Shown: positions 13,296 through 15,295 of the stretch, piece after piece | Position numbering within the stretch: the stretch's first letter is position 1 | Layout of the letters: every line of letters starts with the position of its first letter | DNA from: a virus | Taxonomy: Duplodnaviria > Heunggongvirae > Uroviricota > Caudoviricetes | IMG/VR virus record: IMGVR_UViG_2778261085_000006 | Coordinates: 1-15,295 of that record | Direction: 5' to 3' (one strand) | DNA length: 15,295 nucleotides | The notes under the pieces: generated by a model | The model's input: the letters and a program-made list of their open reading frames with translations, nothing else | The model's database searches: none | What the model was told of the DNA's origin: nothing | Translations under genes and position numbers: made by a program

Positions 13296-15295
13296 ATGAG
13301 TATTGATAAAGAAGAATTTGCACTATATTGCGAAGCAAAAAATGACAAAGTCAGAAAACGCCTGGGAATTAAAGGCGGTTTTTACTGGACTACAGCAAAA
13401 AAATTATCTGTTGCAATCTCCCGCTGCATTACCGCAATGGATGACAACGATTATGATGAAGACGACTTTAAAAAACCGGTCCGAGTCCATTTACCCGTTG
13501 TGAATGACCTTCCACCGGAAGGCGTGTTTGATACGGAATTCTGCAACCGATACGAAAAAGGCGGGGAAGATGGCATCACAATGGTATTTATCGCCCCATC
13601 TCCCTCTGCGCAGGACAACCAGGTCAGCACTGACAATACCAATGTTAATGGCGAAGACATGACGGAGATTGAGGAGAATATGCTACTCCCGATTTCCGGT
13701 CAGGAACTGCCCATTCGCTGGCTTGCTCAACACGGCAGCGAAAAACCGGTAACGCACGTTTCACGCGACGAACTCCAGGCATTACACATTGCACGGGCTG
13801 AAGAACTACCAGCTGTTACTGCCCTGGCTGTTTCCCACAAAACCAGCCTGCTCGACCCGCTGGAAATTCGCGATCTCTACAAACTGGTTCGTGACACTGA
13901 CAACGTTTTCCCTAATCCTGGTAATTCAGACCTGGGACTGATGACTGCTTTTTTCGAAGCATACCTGGGCGCTGACTACACTGATCGTGGTCTGCTTACA
14001 AAAGAGTGGATGAAGGGGAATCGTGTTTCACGTATCACCCGCACGGCTTCCGGTGCAAATGCCGGTGGCGGGAACAAAACCGATCGCAATCCGAATTTAG
14101 TACACACCTTCGATACGCTGGATGTGGAGATTGCAGCAGCCACACTTCCGATGGATTTTAATATTTATGAAATTCCGGGCAGCGTTTATCGTCGCGCAAA
14201 AGAAATCGTCCTGAAAAGAGAAAGTCCGTTCAAAGAATGGTCCGCAGCACTTCGCGCAACCCCGGGTATTCTGGATTATTCCCGCGCCGCTATTTTTGCA
14301 CTTATCCGGAGCGCATACCCTGAGTTTTATCATTACCCGGGACGCCTTCAGAGGTATATCAATGCCTATTTAACGGAGACTGATCACGAGAACCCTACCG
14401 AGGAAACTCTCACTGCTGCACGACATACACCGGAAAAAGATATCCTGGAAGAAGTTAACCGCGAACTGGCCGCTGAACGCGAAACAGAAGAAGAAAAAAA
14501 TAATGAGGAAAAATCACAACCGTCTGACGCAATGGCAGATGAACAGGCAACGACTGAAGCAATGGGACAGGATACAACTGAATATCGCCAGGACACTCAA
14601 TCGCTGGATACTCAGGCACAGATAAATCCGGTTAATCAGGTAAAAGTTACCGCTGACGAAGTAAACAAAATTATGCAGGCAGCCAATATCAACCAGCCTG
14701 ATGCCGACAAAATACTGGCAGTCCATCGCGGTGAATTCGTTGACGGAATTAGCGACCCGAATGATCCGAAATGGGTTAAGGGGATTGAAACCCGCGATTC
14801 TGTGAACCAGAACCTGCCAGAATCGGAACAAAACAGCCAAAATGCGTTACAAAACGAGCCAGAAACGAAACAGCCTGAACCAGAAGAGCAACAAGAACCG
14901 GAAAAAGTCTGCACCGCCTGCGGTCAGACCGGCGGCGGCAACTGTCCTGACTGTGGCGCGGTGATGGGCGACGCAACATACAAGGAAACATTCGATGAAG
15001 AGAATCAGGTTGAAGTTCAGGAAAATGATCCGGAGGAAATGGAAGGCGCTGAACATCCACACAAGGAGAATGCTGGCAGCGCTCAGGACCACGCCAGCGA
15101 TAATGAAACTGGCGAGGCGGCAGATCACTCAATTAAGGTGAACGGTCATCACGAAATCACATCCACCAGCAGGACGTGTGACCATCTAATGATCGACCTC
15201 GAAACCATGGGAAAAAACCCTGATGCCCCGATTATCTCAATAGGTGCAATATTTTTCGATCCGCAAACCGGAGATATGGGACCGGAATTTAGTAA
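13296..15295 (+). CDS. Large RecE/exodeoxyribonuclease VIII-like protein, partial (continues past window end); has a zinc ribbon and the start of a DEDD-type 3'-5' exonuclease domain
   Basis: GAGGT SD 6 nt before ATG at 13296; at least 666 codons with no in-frame stop (checked codon by codon); [18 protein letters not shown] zinc ribbon; [26 protein letters not shown] matches exonuclease motif I; not in the ORF track because it lacks a stop in the window. Confidence 0.8.
   Translation, partial: MSIDKEEFALYCEAKNDKVRKRLGIKGGFYWTTAKKLSVAISRCITAMDDNDYDEDDFKKPVRVHLPVVNDLPPEGVFDTEFCNRYEKGGEDGITMVFIAPSPSAQDNQVSTDNTNVNGEDMTEIEENMLLPISGQELPIRWLAQHGSEKPVTHVSRDELQALHIARAEELPAVTALAVSHKTSLLDPLEIRDLYKLVRDTDNVFPNPGNSDLGLMTAFFEAYLGADYTDRGLLTKEWMKGNRVSRITRTASGANAGGGNKTDRNPNLVHTFDTLDVEIAAATLPMDFNIYEIPGSVYRRAKEIVLKRESPFKEWSAALRATPGILDYSRAAIFALIRSAYPEFYHYPGRLQRYINAYLTETDHENPTEETLTAARHTPEKDILEEVNRELAAERETEEEKNNEEKSQPSDAMADEQATTEAMGQDTTEYRQDTQSLDTQAQINPVNQVKVTADEVNKIMQAANINQPDADKILAVHRGEFVDGISDPNDPKWVKGIETRDSVNQNLPESEQNSQNALQNEPETKQPEPEEQQEPEKVCTACGQTGGGNCPDCGAVMGDATYKETFDEENQVEVQENDPEEMEGAEHPHKENAGSAQDHASDNETGEAADHSIKVNGHHEITSTSRTCDHLMIDLETMGKNPDAPIISIGAIFFDPQTGDMGPEFS

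Noticed and set aside
13303-13503. Plus-strand 66-aa ORF at the start of the RecE-like gene
   Set aside because: Alternative frame within the long 13296-onward ORF, which has the better SD and continuous coding signal
14097-15132. Cluster of minus-strand ORFs (70-118 aa) rich in Cys, Ser and Phe
   Set aside because: All antisense to the uninterrupted RecE-like plus-strand ORF; low-complexity composition typical of reverse-frame artefacts

Overview
This window reads as an internal segment of a lambdoid (Rac/Qin-like) enterobacterial prophage, centred on the immunity region. A DicA-like HTH repressor gene (+ strand, 9775..10164) sits divergent from a Cro-like (YdaS-type) gene at 9396..9671. 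The minus strand carries the 'rightward' early operon: YdaT/CII-like, a hypothetical ORF, an O-like replication initiator with internal iterons, a frameshifted DnaC-like helicase loader, DUF1627-like, a small HTH protein, DUF4406, a hok-family type I toxin, two small ORFs, DUF968/YdfU-like, RusA and a Q antiterminator. Downstream of Q is a lambda-like late promoter/qut/tR' module, then a two-gene cassette (71-aa protein plus DUF2335-like membrane protein) closed by a second near-identical terminator. The plus strand carries the 'leftward' DicA-repressed operon: YdfA-like small protein, an AT-rich 212-aa unknown protein with a convergent 70-aa ORF, about 800 bp of non-coding sequence with a DicF-like hairpin and a repeat array, a Rha-family regulator, a KilR-sized small protein, and a large RecE-like ORF that runs off the window end and is missing from the ORF track. 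No tRNA, rRNA, CRISPR array, integrase or transposase was seen. All calls rest on manual reading and recalled family signatures; no database search was run, and coordinates of non-ORF elements were hand-counted and may be off by a base or two. The candidates most worth follow-up as uncharacterised accessory systems are the Q-proximal two-gene cassette, the AT-rich 212-aa/70-aa convergent pair, and an antisense ORF with a near-consensus Shine-Dalgarno in the cII-O interval.
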